Source of the DNA: a virus
Lineage: Duplodnaviria; Caudoviricetes
IMG/VR virus record: IMGVR_UViG_3300028591_000007
Location: 71,706-135,705 of that record
Reading direction: 5' to 3' (one strand)
Length of the DNA: 64,000 nt
Shown: positions 9,686 through 17,828 of the stretch, piece after piece
How positions within the stretch are numbered: the stretch's first letter is position 1
Layout: each line of letters starts with the position of its first letter
Notes under the pieces: model-generated
What the model was told of the DNA's origin: nothing
Database searches by the model: none
The model's input: the letters and a program-made list of their open reading frames with translations, nothing else
Position numbers and translations under genes: made by a program

Positions 9686-10257
9686 TACAATTCTCCTTTG
9701 ATGTTATTTAATAATTTGTCGAATTGAATTATTTTATCCATAATTGGTAGAATATCTTCTCCGGTTAAACCAGTAGAGGCATTCGCAATATCAATTCCAT
9801 TATTCTGATAGATTCGTAACTCAAAGCCCATGTTACCAGGTTTTTGGTGATATTCCAAACAAAATAAAGCAGCGTATATAAGTAACTGCTCCATCTTTGC
9901 TGGTATCTCTCCAGTCTTTAAATCATGGATTCTTAAGAACTTAGTCTTTTCATCCCATGCAATAGCATCCGCTGTTCCAAAACAATTATCACTATAATAT
10001 AAAGTCTGTTCTGGTCTCATTCGAAAACCAATTGCGTCATTTACATATTGATCAAATGTTTTAGTTGTTTGAGGAAGTTCAATTCCAAGCTTTATTAACT
10101 TTGCAGCAAGGTCATGTAATTCTGTTCCTCTTTCAACAGCAATAAAACGTAAATATCTTGCTTTGAGTTTAACGGGGTCATCTTTTAACCAACCGTATTT
10201 ACTTGCACCAAGAAAAGCATGATTACCTGCAATCTTGGAATGATCGTTCCATTTCAT
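9685..10257 (-). CDS. PD-(D/E)XK exonuclease (DUF2800/Cas4-like)
   Basis: HAFLGAS, RGTELH, PEQ, GTAD, DLKTG and QL..YA motifs. Confidence 0.8.
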   Translation of the reverse strand: MKWNDHSKIAGNHAFLGASKYGWLKDDPVKLKARYLRFIAVERGTELHDLAAKLIKLGIELPQTTKTFDQYVNDAIGFRMRPEQTLYYSDNCFGTADAIAWDEKTKFLRIHDLKTGEIPAKMEQLLIYAALFCLEYHQKPGNMGFELRIYQNNGIDIANASTGLTGEDILPIMDKIIQFDKLLNNIKGEL

Positions 10258-10594
10258 TTAATACCTCCTCTACATTTTCAGGATATACATAAGATGCGTA
10301 AGACATATCATTCATTGTATTAATATACCATGCTTGATTCTGATCTTGTCGTTTTGTGGTGCACCGAATGTATTCCTCTTCTGAGACTTTGTTTTCCAAA
10401 GCAGCCCAGTGATTCTTGTAGAGTACTGTAAGGTCAGGAATTCCTTGAATATAATTTGCATCATTCTTCATAACAATACAACCTGGAAATCTGTCTCGCA
10501 GTTTGGTAATTAAATCAGATTGGAAATCACTTTCTTTTTTGTAATGCTTCATTTGGTCGTCTCCTTTTTTTGTGTTACGTTCAACATCGCCCAA
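10223..10594 (-). CDS. VRR-NUC-type nuclease / Holliday junction resolvase
   Basis: ESDFQ, GIPDL, LENK and NQ.WY motifs; real start probably MKHYKK. Confidence 0.8.
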   Translation of the reverse strand: MGDVERNTKKGDDQMKHYKKESDFQSDLITKLRDRFPGCIVMKNDANYIQGIPDLTVLYKNHWAALENKVSEEEYIRCTTKRQDQNQAWYINTMNDMSYASYVYPENVEEVLNEMERSFQDCR

Positions 10595-10609
10595 TGTTGA
10601 TATTCGAAA

Positions 10610-10703
10610 AAATAAAAAACAAAAGGTTACACCAATCTCTTTTTAATTCAAGAATCACATCATTTGTTATCTCAAACAAAGCAAAAAAGAGTTGGTCTTA
10701 CCC
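10610..10703 (-). ncRNA. candidate promoter-driven hairpin small RNA
   Basis: Downstream of the promoter at 10710-10733; GGTAAGACCAACTCTTTTT pairs with AAAAAGAGATTGGTGTAACC, followed by a U-run; no ORF. Confidence 0.45.
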
Positions 10704-10709
10704 CTCTAC

Positions 10710-10733
10710 ATAATAGGAGCGAATTTTTTCGCG
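10710..10733 (-). promoter_or_regulatory. phage promoter CGCG-N14-TATTAT
   Basis: Member of the fixed-spacing motif family (about 22 copies). Confidence 0.75.
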
Positions 10734-10956
10734 AATTCCGAAGTGTTTTGGTTTTAACACTTTGGTCAATAAGCTAAAGTCAGCTTGTCTGACGGGAGCG
10801 AATTCTAGAGTGAAGGTTTTTAACACTCTAGCTAATACTGGAAGTTTGCTTGTCAAACTGAGCGAATTCTATACTACAGCTGTAGAATACTTTTGCAAAA
10901 ATATCCAGTAAGTAAAAAAATAAATGAGCATAAACTACAGCTCCTCTAAATATCAT

Positions 10957-12210
10957 TTATCTCTCCTCTCTATTTTTAGGGAATAAATATCCAAAGAATT
11001 TCTCTTCATTAAATTTCTTCTTTTGTTTAATAGCTCTTGCAATTCCTCTATCAATTCCTGATTTAGTTTTGAAATGATAATACCACAAGTTAGTAAATGG
11101 TGTTGTTAATCTATCAATTCTTCCAGCTGCTTGTACCATTACTTTATATGAATAGTTTGGACTAAAGAATATAATTGTATCTGTTTGTGTGCAATTCCAT
11201 CCTTCATTACCTGCATTGTATTGTACAAGATAAACCCAAATATCATTTGTTGGTATTTCTTCATGTTTATGACCATTCCATTGTGTATAAGGTATTTGCG
11301 TTTTATCAAAGAGTTCTTTCAATGCATCAAGCTCATAATCAAAATTATAAAATATAATTACTTTCTTTCTCGTCTCAATAATATCCAATATAATGTTAAA
11401 CTTCTCTGGTGATAGATTACAAACTTTTCGTAATGCGCTACACAATTCATTAGCATTCTTAAATGGCACATTCTTTTCAAAATCGAATCTTGTTTTCATT
11501 ATTTTATCATAAAGAGCACTATCATATGTTACATATATATCCTCGTGATGTTGAACAGTCTTTCTTTCAAAAGGCATATCAACTAAAATATCATTTCTCA
11601 ATTGTTCAAGTTTAGGTACATTTAAATATCGTTCAACTTGTCTAAACTTTGAGAAAGGATTATACACAACATGCTGTAATCTAAAATCTGTAAAATTCTT
11701 GTAAAAGCCATTTGCTATAAATACTGGAATATAATCTAACCATGTATCACCTGGTGTTGCACTAAGTAATATCCATTCATTATACTTTGCCAAACATAAA
11801 AAAGACTTAACCCAAGTTCCTGTACCAATTACTCGTTGTTCATCAAATATAAAATATGCATCAGTAACTAATGGTCTCCAACCTCTACCTTCTTTATGCT
11901 CAACATACTTGTGCAAATTATTCCATGAATCAATTACTACTTTATTACCAAAGTTCTTACCATTTCTTGATAAACCAAAATGTAGTAATTCATCATCCCA
12001 CTCAAATGTATCTCTTTTTCTTGCTGTTGTGATAATATATAAATCTTTCATTTGTTTTGGAAATCTGAAAGGTTCTATACTTCCTCCAGCTTTTAAAAAA
12101 TAATATGAGATACTTGTAATACTTTTACCAGAACCAACACCACCACAAAGAATACATCCATTCTTCATTTGTGTAAGTGCTTTCTTCTGATGATTTCGTA
12201 ATGTTACCAT
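10957..12210 (-). CDS. superfamily 2 (SNF2/ResIII-like) helicase
   Basis: GVGSGKS Walker A, FDEQ Walker B, SATP motif III, QAAGRIDR motif VI. Confidence 0.9.
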   Translation of the reverse strand: MVTLRNHQKKALTQMKNGCILCGGVGSGKSITSISYYFLKAGGSIEPFRFPKQMKDLYIITTARKRDTFEWDDELLHFGLSRNGKNFGNKVVIDSWNNLHKYVEHKEGRGWRPLVTDAYFIFDEQRVIGTGTWVKSFLCLAKYNEWILLSATPGDTWLDYIPVFIANGFYKNFTDFRLQHVVYNPFSKFRQVERYLNVPKLEQLRNDILVDMPFERKTVQHHEDIYVTYDSALYDKIMKTRFDFEKNVPFKNANELCSALRKVCNLSPEKFNIILDIIETRKKVIIFYNFDYELDALKELFDKTQIPYTQWNGHKHEEIPTNDIWVYLVQYNAGNEGWNCTQTDTIIFFSPNYSYKVMVQAAGRIDRLTTPFTNLWYYHFKTKSGIDRGIARAIKQKKKFNEEKFFGYLFPKNREER

Positions 12211-12300
12211 AAAACTACCTCTTTTTGGCTGTTTTTTTGCCGTTTTTATTTTGTGAAAAAATATAAAAAATATTATTTTAAAACTATTTATTAAATATAC

Positions 12301-12415
12301 TCCTCTCGCGCGCGAGGTAAAATGATATAAAAAATACGACCAAGTTCTTCGCGCATTATGCGTACGTACGCGTACCTGGGCGGATGCGCTAGGCGGGCGC
12401 TGGCGCGCGCGAGGA
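12301..12415. other. GC-rich, CG-repeat intergenic island
   Basis: CTCGCGCGCGAG palindrome ... GCGCGCGCGAGGA, flanked by A/T tracts. Confidence 0.6.
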
Positions 12416-12473
12416 TTTCACTGTGTTTTTCTTATTCAAAAATAGGACAAAAATAAGACAAATATTTTGTCAC

Positions 12474-12608
12474 AAAAAAAATAAAAAAGAAGCTAAGAAT
12501 CCTCTCACGTCCACTGTCTTTCAAGCCGCTAGATCGGTCTCCCGTAATCTATTAGTCACCTAATAAACATTCTTATTTAACTATAACCTATTGCTCAATT
12601 ATAGCCTT
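12474..12608 (-). ncRNA. candidate promoter-driven small RNA
   Basis: Follows the promoter at 12615-12638; ends pair (AAGAAGGCT/AGCTTCTT); long U-run; no ORF. Confidence 0.45.
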
Positions 12609-12614
12609 CTTTTC

Positions 12615-12638
12615 ATTATATAATATTCTTTTTACGCG
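12615..12638 (-). promoter_or_regulatory. phage promoter CGCG-N14-TATAAT
   Basis: Motif family member; overlaps the upstream gene's stop codon. Confidence 0.75.
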
Positions 12639-12952
12639 ACCCAAAATATTAAAATATCATTATCAAAATTGCAATTCATATCTTCAGGTAAAACTATATT
12701 AACTTCATTATCAAATTTAAAATAGTCTTCATAATTTGTAATTATAAAACAATGATAATAATATGAATCGGAATTGTTATCTCTCTTTTCAATAGAATAC
12801 TTTCTCAAAATATCAAAGAATTCTTTTTGTGAATCTTTACTAATAAATAATTCATCTGTGACATCACCTTCTGGATACATTGATAAATAAGGTAATACTT
12901 TGTCATTGTTGCATTCTTTTGAATAAATTCCATAATAAATACTATTTCCCAT
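12632..12952 (-). CDS. hypothetical protein
   Basis: ORF with AAGGAG RBS. Confidence 0.7.
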   Translation of the reverse strand: MGNSIYYGIYSKECNNDKVLPYLSMYPEGDVTDELFISKDSQKEFFDILRKYSIEKRDNNSDSYYYHCFIITNYEDYFKFDNEVNIVLPEDMNCNFDNDILIFWVA

Positions 12953-12967
12953 TATATATTCTCCTTT

Positions 12968-13309
12968 TCATGTAAGTGCTTCTTTGATCATATTCTTTAT
13001 TTCATTATAAGTTTCTTTTACATATAAATCTTTATTACATTCTTTATTAAAACCAACTAATTGAATAATAGCATTTGCATTTTGTGCTTCATCTTGTATG
13101 CTAGTAATTCTTTCTTTTAAAGTATCACCAAACAAATTATAAAATGCTTGCATTTCTTCACTATCAGTTATTTCTGTAATCATATCTTTATCACTTTTTG
13201 TCATTGGAATAACACGAAGGATATTGTTAACATTGATTAAACTTTTTTCATCACATTTGGTAACTTCAATAAAATTTTTCATATATATTCTCCTTTCTAA
13301 AAATATCAT
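12968..13309 (-). CDS. hypothetical protein, paralog of 15555-15881
   Basis: MKNFIEV..IN.NNI and ET..EIK..I shared with the paralog; likely start at MKNF. Confidence 0.7.
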   Translation of the reverse strand: MIFLERRIYMKNFIEVTKCDEKSLINVNNILRVIPMTKSDKDMITEITDSEEMQAFYNLFGDTLKERITSIQDEAQNANAIIQLVGFNKECNKDLYVKETYNEIKNMIKEALT

Positions 13310-13424
13310 TCAAGATAAGGATCTGCACCTTATATGATATAAAGTTTTGCTAAGATTATTCTTAATGGTTTTATATATCTTTAACCCTATCACTAAAAAC
13401 GTCTACCTATTCCGCCACCTGAAT
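13308..13424 (-). ncRNA. tRNA-like RNA with anticodon arm replaced by a long insert (copy A)
   Basis: Acceptor ATTCAGG/CTTGAAT, D arm TGGCGGAATAGGTAGACG, T arm ATAAGG-TGCAGAT-CCTTAT. Confidence 0.75.
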
Positions 13425-13552
13425 GATGATTGCTTACTCATGAGGGACATACCACTTTCAGCTTGAGGCCCATATTCATTTATATAGCGCACCAAAAGCT
13501 CCTCTGTGCTTCAACTGCCATTGTGTCCACGGCCATCCGTGCGCATAAATTT

Positions 13553-13738
13553 GTATTCAAGAAATAATTCATACAATTTCACCATCTATTCAACCCCTAC
13601 GTTTTACCAAATATGGTTCTAGTTTACTTATTCGTTAGATGCACCCTTTTCGGGTATTAAGTGACATTACTGCCTCAGCCTTCAACTGCCGTAGGCGACA
13701 TCCAGCATCTTGACCATATGAATTAATTTCTTGAATAA
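13553..13738 (-). ncRNA. candidate ~185-nt structured RNA
   Basis: Terminal stem TATTCAAGAAATTAATTCATA/TATGAATTATTTCTTGAATA; internal AGATGC/GCATCT pairing and ACCC-GAAAA-GGGT hairpin; starts just after tRNA-Gln. Confidence 0.55.
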
Positions 13739-13739
13739 A

Positions 13740-13812
13740 CAGCCCCTACTGGATTCGAACCAGTGAATAACGGTGTCAAAGACCACCGCCTTCACCACTT
13801 GGCTAAGGGGCT
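13740..13812 (-). tRNA. tRNA-Gln(UUG)
   Basis: Cloverleaf AGCCCCT/AGGGGCT, anticodon loop CTTTGAC, T arm ACTGG-TTCGAAT-CCAGT; CCA not encoded. Confidence 0.9.
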
Positions 13813-13824
13813 ACAAAATATCAT

Positions 13825-14247
13825 TTATCGAATTATTTCTTCAAATCTAAACTTTTGCTTTATGTTCGGATATTTTTCTTTGTCCACTTCACTTACAAAT
13901 TCATTATATGGACGAACATATAATTTAAAATCTCCATACATAGCACGATATATAACCATTGATGATTGATCTAAAGTATTAATAGCAAAATCTTCTATTC
14001 TATATATGTATTTATTTTGTGCTTTTTCTGCATCTGATAATGTTTCATATTTAAAATGCTTTACTATACTTCCGACTTGTATCATTTTTTCTCCTTTTGG
14101 TTCTTCATATTCCATATTAAGCCATTCTTCCATACAATCAATATCATCTATGTAAGCTGATCTAAGTGCAAGGATTTGTGGCTGGATTGATCTGCTCCAA
14201 TATATTTCCTTGCCAAATATCTTTTTAAATTTTTCTCTATTTGTCAT
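13825..14247 (-). CDS. DUF1653-domain protein
   Basis: VKHFK..Y, VIYRAMYG, YVRPYNEF.SEVD.EKYP, Q..RFE. Confidence 0.8.
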   Translation of the reverse strand: MTNREKFKKIFGKEIYWSRSIQPQILALRSAYIDDIDCMEEWLNMEYEEPKGEKMIQVGSIVKHFKYETLSDAEKAQNKYIYRIEDFAINTLDQSSMVIYRAMYGDFKLYVRPYNEFVSEVDKEKYPNIKQKFRFEEIIR

Positions 14248-14465
14248 ATGTTCACATCCTCAAATAATAATTTTATTTTAGCAGACATTATCTTATAGCA
14301 AGATTCGCAATAGTCTTTTTGTATAAATAACTGACTATTTTGTTTATCTGCACTTTTATTAACGTCTAATCTAAGTAAATAAATATCTTTAGGCCAAATA
14401 CCTCTCTTTTTGCATTTATCACAAACATATGTTTGAACATTATATTCTATTATTCCTTTAGACAT
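14244..14465 (-). CDS. small zinc-ribbon protein
   Basis: YxCDxC ... DxCxxC. Confidence 0.6.
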   Translation of the reverse strand: MSKGIIEYNVQTYVCDKCKKRGIWPKDIYLLRLDVNKSADKQNSQLFIQKDYCESCYKIMSAKIKLLFEDVNI

Positions 14466-14492
14466 ACCTTATTTCTCCTTTCTAAAAATATC

Positions 14493-14624
14493 ATTCAGGG
14501 TAAAGATTTGCACCTTACACAAGATACCAGAACTAATATCTCTCGCCATTTATACGCCAATCTACGGCTCAGTCTGTTCAGATTACTCTGCTTGCTATGC
14601 GTCTACCTATTCCGCCACCTGAAT
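14493..14624 (-). ncRNA. tRNA-like RNA with anticodon arm replaced by a long insert (copy B)
   Basis: Acceptor ATTCAGG/CCTGAAT, same D arm as copy A, T arm GTAAGG-TGCAAAT-CTTTAC; 7 nt downstream of tRNA-Gln. Confidence 0.75.
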
Positions 14625-14631
14625 GATTTAA

Positions 14632-14703
14632 CAGCCCCTACTGGATTCGAACCAGTGAATGCATCTGTCAAAGAGATGTACCTTGCCGCTTGGTGAAGGG
14701 GCT
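14632..14703 (-). tRNA. tRNA-Gln(UUG)
   Basis: Cloverleaf with anticodon arm CATCT-CTTTGAC-AGATG; CCA not encoded. Confidence 0.9.
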
Positions 14704-14711
14704 ACAAAATA

Positions 14712-14897
14712 TCATTTATTAATCTGCTCAATATGTTTAGTTGTTGTAACACTATCAGATAATACCTTACCCGCCATAATAGATATACATAGCAAAGAAA
14801 GATTATAAGATGATATTTTATGTATACCATGATAGTGTTCCCAACATATTTTATACATATCAATTTCATCTGGTATTTCAATCACTATTTTTGACAT
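14712..14897 (-). CDS. hypothetical protein
   Basis: Tiles the - strand array. Confidence 0.55.
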   Translation of the reverse strand: MSKIVIEIPDEIDMYKICWEHYHGIHKISSYNLSLLCISIMAGKVLSDSVTTTKHIEQINK

Positions 14898-15199
14898 ATT
14901 TCCTCTCCTAAAAATTTCTCAATATTTATGGATATTGTTGCATTTAATAAACCACCATGATTATCACAATAATTATCAAACTCTTTTCTATATTGCTCAT
15001 AAATATCTTTGTCTTCTTCTGGAACTTTCCAATAATCTCCATTTGGACATCTACTACAACCCATACAAGAATATCCATCACATACTTCAGAATACTCAGG
15101 TTTTGGTATAGGTGGATACAGTTTATCCCATTTTTCTTTTAACTGGTTCTTTGGTGGATCAAATATAGTTCCATCAGGAAATACTATATTATTATTCAT
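14885..15199 (-). CDS. hypothetical protein (Cys cluster)
   Basis: CxxxxCxxCxxC; AGGAG RBS. Confidence 0.65.
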   Translation of the reverse strand: MNNNIVFPDGTIFDPPKNQLKEKWDKLYPPIPKPEYSEVCDGYSCMGCSRCPNGDYWKVPEEDKDIYEQYRKEFDNYCDNHGGLLNATISINIEKFLGEEICQK

Positions 15200-15554
15200 G
15201 TTGTTTTCTCCTAAAATAATTCCATCTTATAAAAGTATTTTAAATGTCTTACATACAAGACATTCATCCATGCACACCATTCTACCAAGACTTTTATAAT
15301 ATTTAAAACAAGATTCAGCATTATCCTTATTATCAAAAACTGTAACTATGGGTTCTTCATTAGTATTAGGAAAATATTGTGTTACTGTATAAACAATTTG
15401 TTTCATCTTTCCTCCTAAAATAATTTTATCGGGTTACTTCTTTTTCTTAATTTTAGTTATAACGTAATTATAACCTAATGTTATTATAGCTATCAAAACA
15501 ATGAATATTCCTATAATTGCTAAATCATTCATCTTTTTCTCCTAAAAATATCAT

Positions 15555-15881
15555 TTAACATAAAGCATTTTCAATCTTAACTTTAATTTCATCAAAAGTT
15601 TCTAAAGCAAATATACTATTATCACTTTTATCATTACTACCAGTAGTTAAAATTATAATTGTATTTGCTTTAAGCATATTGCTAGACATATTATTCAACT
15701 TACTTTTTGTCTCATCGTCACTAATAAATTCCATAAAAAGATCCCACTTGTCATTTTTGAAAACACCATCAAGAACTTTTTTATCTCCATCATTGATAGG
15801 ATATACTTTTGCAATATTATTTATGTTAACTAAATACTTTGAACCTTCTTCAACACCATTAACTTCAATAAAATTTTTCAT
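15555..15881 (-). CDS. hypothetical protein, paralog of 12968-13309
   Basis: Shared N- and C-terminal motifs. Confidence 0.7.
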   Translation of the reverse strand: MKNFIEVNGVEEGSKYLVNINNIAKVYPINDGDKKVLDGVFKNDKWDLFMEFISDDETKSKLNNMSSNMLKANTIIILTTGSNDKSDNSIFALETFDEIKVKIENALC

Positions 15882-16059
15882 ATATTTTTCCTCCGTTTAT
15901 AAATATCATTTATTCTAAAATATTTTTATGTAGTTACTTCATACTTCTTAATGGTTCTAATAAACAAGTCAATTATAGCATCAACTACACATGGATCTTT
16001 TGCTAATACTTGTTTGTCAGCCTGCGAATACCAGTCCTTTATTTCTTTTCTGACATTTT

Positions 16060-16683
16060 TCATTTCTCCTTAACAGGCCACTCAAAACCAAAGTCACTTC
16101 TTTTAATCTTACAAATAGGTTCGCTACCTGTAGGATCAGTAAACCAGAATACTATACCTTCTATTTCATTGTTATATAAATACTCTCTAAGAATATCTAT
16201 TGTTAATGGTTTATTAGATAATTCTTCAATGACACTAACACCATGCTTATACAAAGTATCTTTTTCTAATTTATATGGATTACCTTGGAAATGCGGTCCA
16301 ATAGCTTCATAAGTTACCGGACACCATTTGTCACCACTTTCAATTTCATATAATTCACGATAATTATTAAAAGCAGCAATAAACCATTTATCTTCTGCTT
16401 TATCAGGATTAAGTTCTATCCAATGAGGCCAATGACCTGTAATAGGATCTGGATTATCTTGACAAGGTATTGCACCTTCTGGAACTTTCTTACCAGCTTT
16501 AGCATCATATCTCTTATACCACTTGTCATCAATTACGGCACAACAAGAACCATCAATCTTGACAGTAGGAGTACATCTACCATCTAATACAACTTGTAAT
16601 CTTTTATCTGTTAATGTATCTGTTATTCCAACAACTTTATGATTTTCATATGTTCTTTCAAATAATGTAGGTATTTTTCTCAT
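16060..16683 (-). CDS. ATP-dependent RNA ligase-like protein (DUF5565/RLIG1-like)
   Basis: KIPTLF, nucleotidyltransferase motif I KIDG, TYEAIGP, EGIVF, KIKR. Confidence 0.75.
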   Translation of the reverse strand: MRKIPTLFERTYENHKVVGITDTLTDKRLQVVLDGRCTPTVKIDGSCCAVIDDKWYKRYDAKAGKKVPEGAIPCQDNPDPITGHWPHWIELNPDKAEDKWFIAAFNNYRELYEIESGDKWCPVTYEAIGPHFQGNPYKLEKDTLYKHGVSVIEELSNKPLTIDILREYLYNNEIEGIVFWFTDPTGSEPICKIKRSDFGFEWPVKEK

Positions 16684-17003
16684 AATTCAAATGCATCTCC
16701 TAAAACATAAATTTCCTTAATACTATCTTTGTAATATATTTCACTGAACAATTGTCTTTTGCTATCAATTGTCTGTATATCGCAATTCTCGACATAAAAC
16801 ATTCCATCATATAACACATTATCAAGTCTATGTGATTTACCAAGTTGCCATTCCGTTATTTTATTACGAACTATTTCATTATATTCTTCTGTAAAAATAA
16901 ATAAAATTCCAGAATAGTTAACATCTTCTAATGATAAATTTTCAAATTCTTCTTTTGTAATGTTATAAACTGGAATACAAATATTCATAAGAAAATTAGC
17001 CAT
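16680..17003 (-). CDS. hypothetical protein
   Basis: GGAGG RBS; coupled to the ligase gene. Confidence 0.65.
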   Translation of the reverse strand: MANFLMNICIPVYNITKEEFENLSLEDVNYSGILFIFTEEYNEIVRNKITEWQLGKSHRLDNVLYDGMFYVENCDIQTIDSKRQLFSEIYYKDSIKEIYVLGDAFEL

Positions 17004-17023
17004 TTATCATTCCTCCTCAAATA

Positions 17024-17305
17024 TCATTTAATTGTTATAGCATCAATACCATTTAATTTAACAAACTTCATACGTCTCCAATCTTTAAAATAATAACGAA
17101 TTGCTTCATTAAGATCATCTTGTTTTTCTTTAAAATTAAACTCAATGTCATCTCCTTGTGTAATCACAATTACATTTTTATCTTTACAATACCATATTCC
17201 ATCCATATGTGTTGCATTACATTCCCATCCACTATGTGATAACAATAAAACATTATCCGGAATTTTATTTCTATCTATTATTTCTTTTAATGCACCAAAA
17301 GTCAT
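17024..17305 (-). CDS. hypothetical protein
   Basis: AGGAGG RBS. Confidence 0.65.
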   Translation of the reverse strand: MTFGALKEIIDRNKIPDNVLLLSHSGWECNATHMDGIWYCKDKNVIVITQGDDIEFNFKEKQDDLNEAIRYYFKDWRRMKFVKLNGIDAITIK

Positions 17306-17329
17306 GTTTTATTCCTCCTAAAATATCAT

Positions 17330-17635
17330 TTAATCTCTTATTTTTGCACCAAAATCAGATAAATCTAAATAACCATCTCTCATTAAAGTAAAACGTAAAT
17401 TATTCATAGTTTTATATATCTTTTCTATTTTTGCAATTTCATCATCAGATGAAGAAGCGCCTGCTAAAAACTGATTATTATCTTCTTTAAAATCTATATA
17501 ATATGTACAATCATCTGTTGCATAAAATTCAATTTGCAAAGTTTTTAAATAAAAACCAACATGAGGTGTTTCAACTACAAAATAATTTCTAACTGCCTCA
17601 ACATCATTTATTCCTCTTAATGTTATTCTAAACAT
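17330..17635 (-). CDS. hypothetical protein
   Basis: GGAGG RBS. Confidence 0.65.
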   Translation of the reverse strand: MFRITLRGINDVEAVRNYFVVETPHVGFYLKTLQIEFYATDDCTYYIDFKEDNNQFLAGASSSDDEIAKIEKIYKTMNNLRFTLMRDGYLDLSDFGAKIRD

Positions 17636-17657
17636 AATTCCTCCCTTTTCATAGAAT

Positions 17658-17770
17658 GGTCTTATAAAGCACCAGAAGCCTCATTTAGGCCTGTTTCATA
17701 TTTTACCCTGCAATTATACTGGAATTATACTAAAAAGCCAAATATGGGCATTCTGGTGCGTCTGAGAGCA
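17658..17770. repeat. ~115-bp imperfect palindromic element, copy A
   Basis: GCACCAGAA...TTCTGGTGC arms with an AT-rich core; homologous to copies B-D. Confidence 0.8.
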
Positions 17771-17828
17771 CTTTCCTGCAAACCAGGAAACTACATTTCT
17801 CACTTTGTTCAAAATACATTATAAAATA

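Noticed and set aside
10730-10892. CRISPR array
   Set aside because: Only three degenerate units, repeats too short, spacers are self-hairpins, and no cas operon; the PD-(D/E)XK nuclease alone is a common phage gene.
13505-13546. Resemblance to the 5' end of 23S rRNA (GCGCACGG..GGATG..TGAAG)
   Set aside because: Only scattered short words match; there is no rRNA gene.
13553-13738. 6S RNA or tRNA-associated HDV-like (theta) ribozyme
   Set aside because: The length fits 6S but the internal pairings look branched rather than rod-plus-bubble; I could not fit an HDV double pseudoknot at the tRNA 3' end.
13305-14627. tmRNA or group I intron-containing tRNA
   Set aside because: Inserts of about 65-80 nt are too short for either, and there is no G3-U70 alanine identity or tag frame; a non-canonical intron is not fully excluded.
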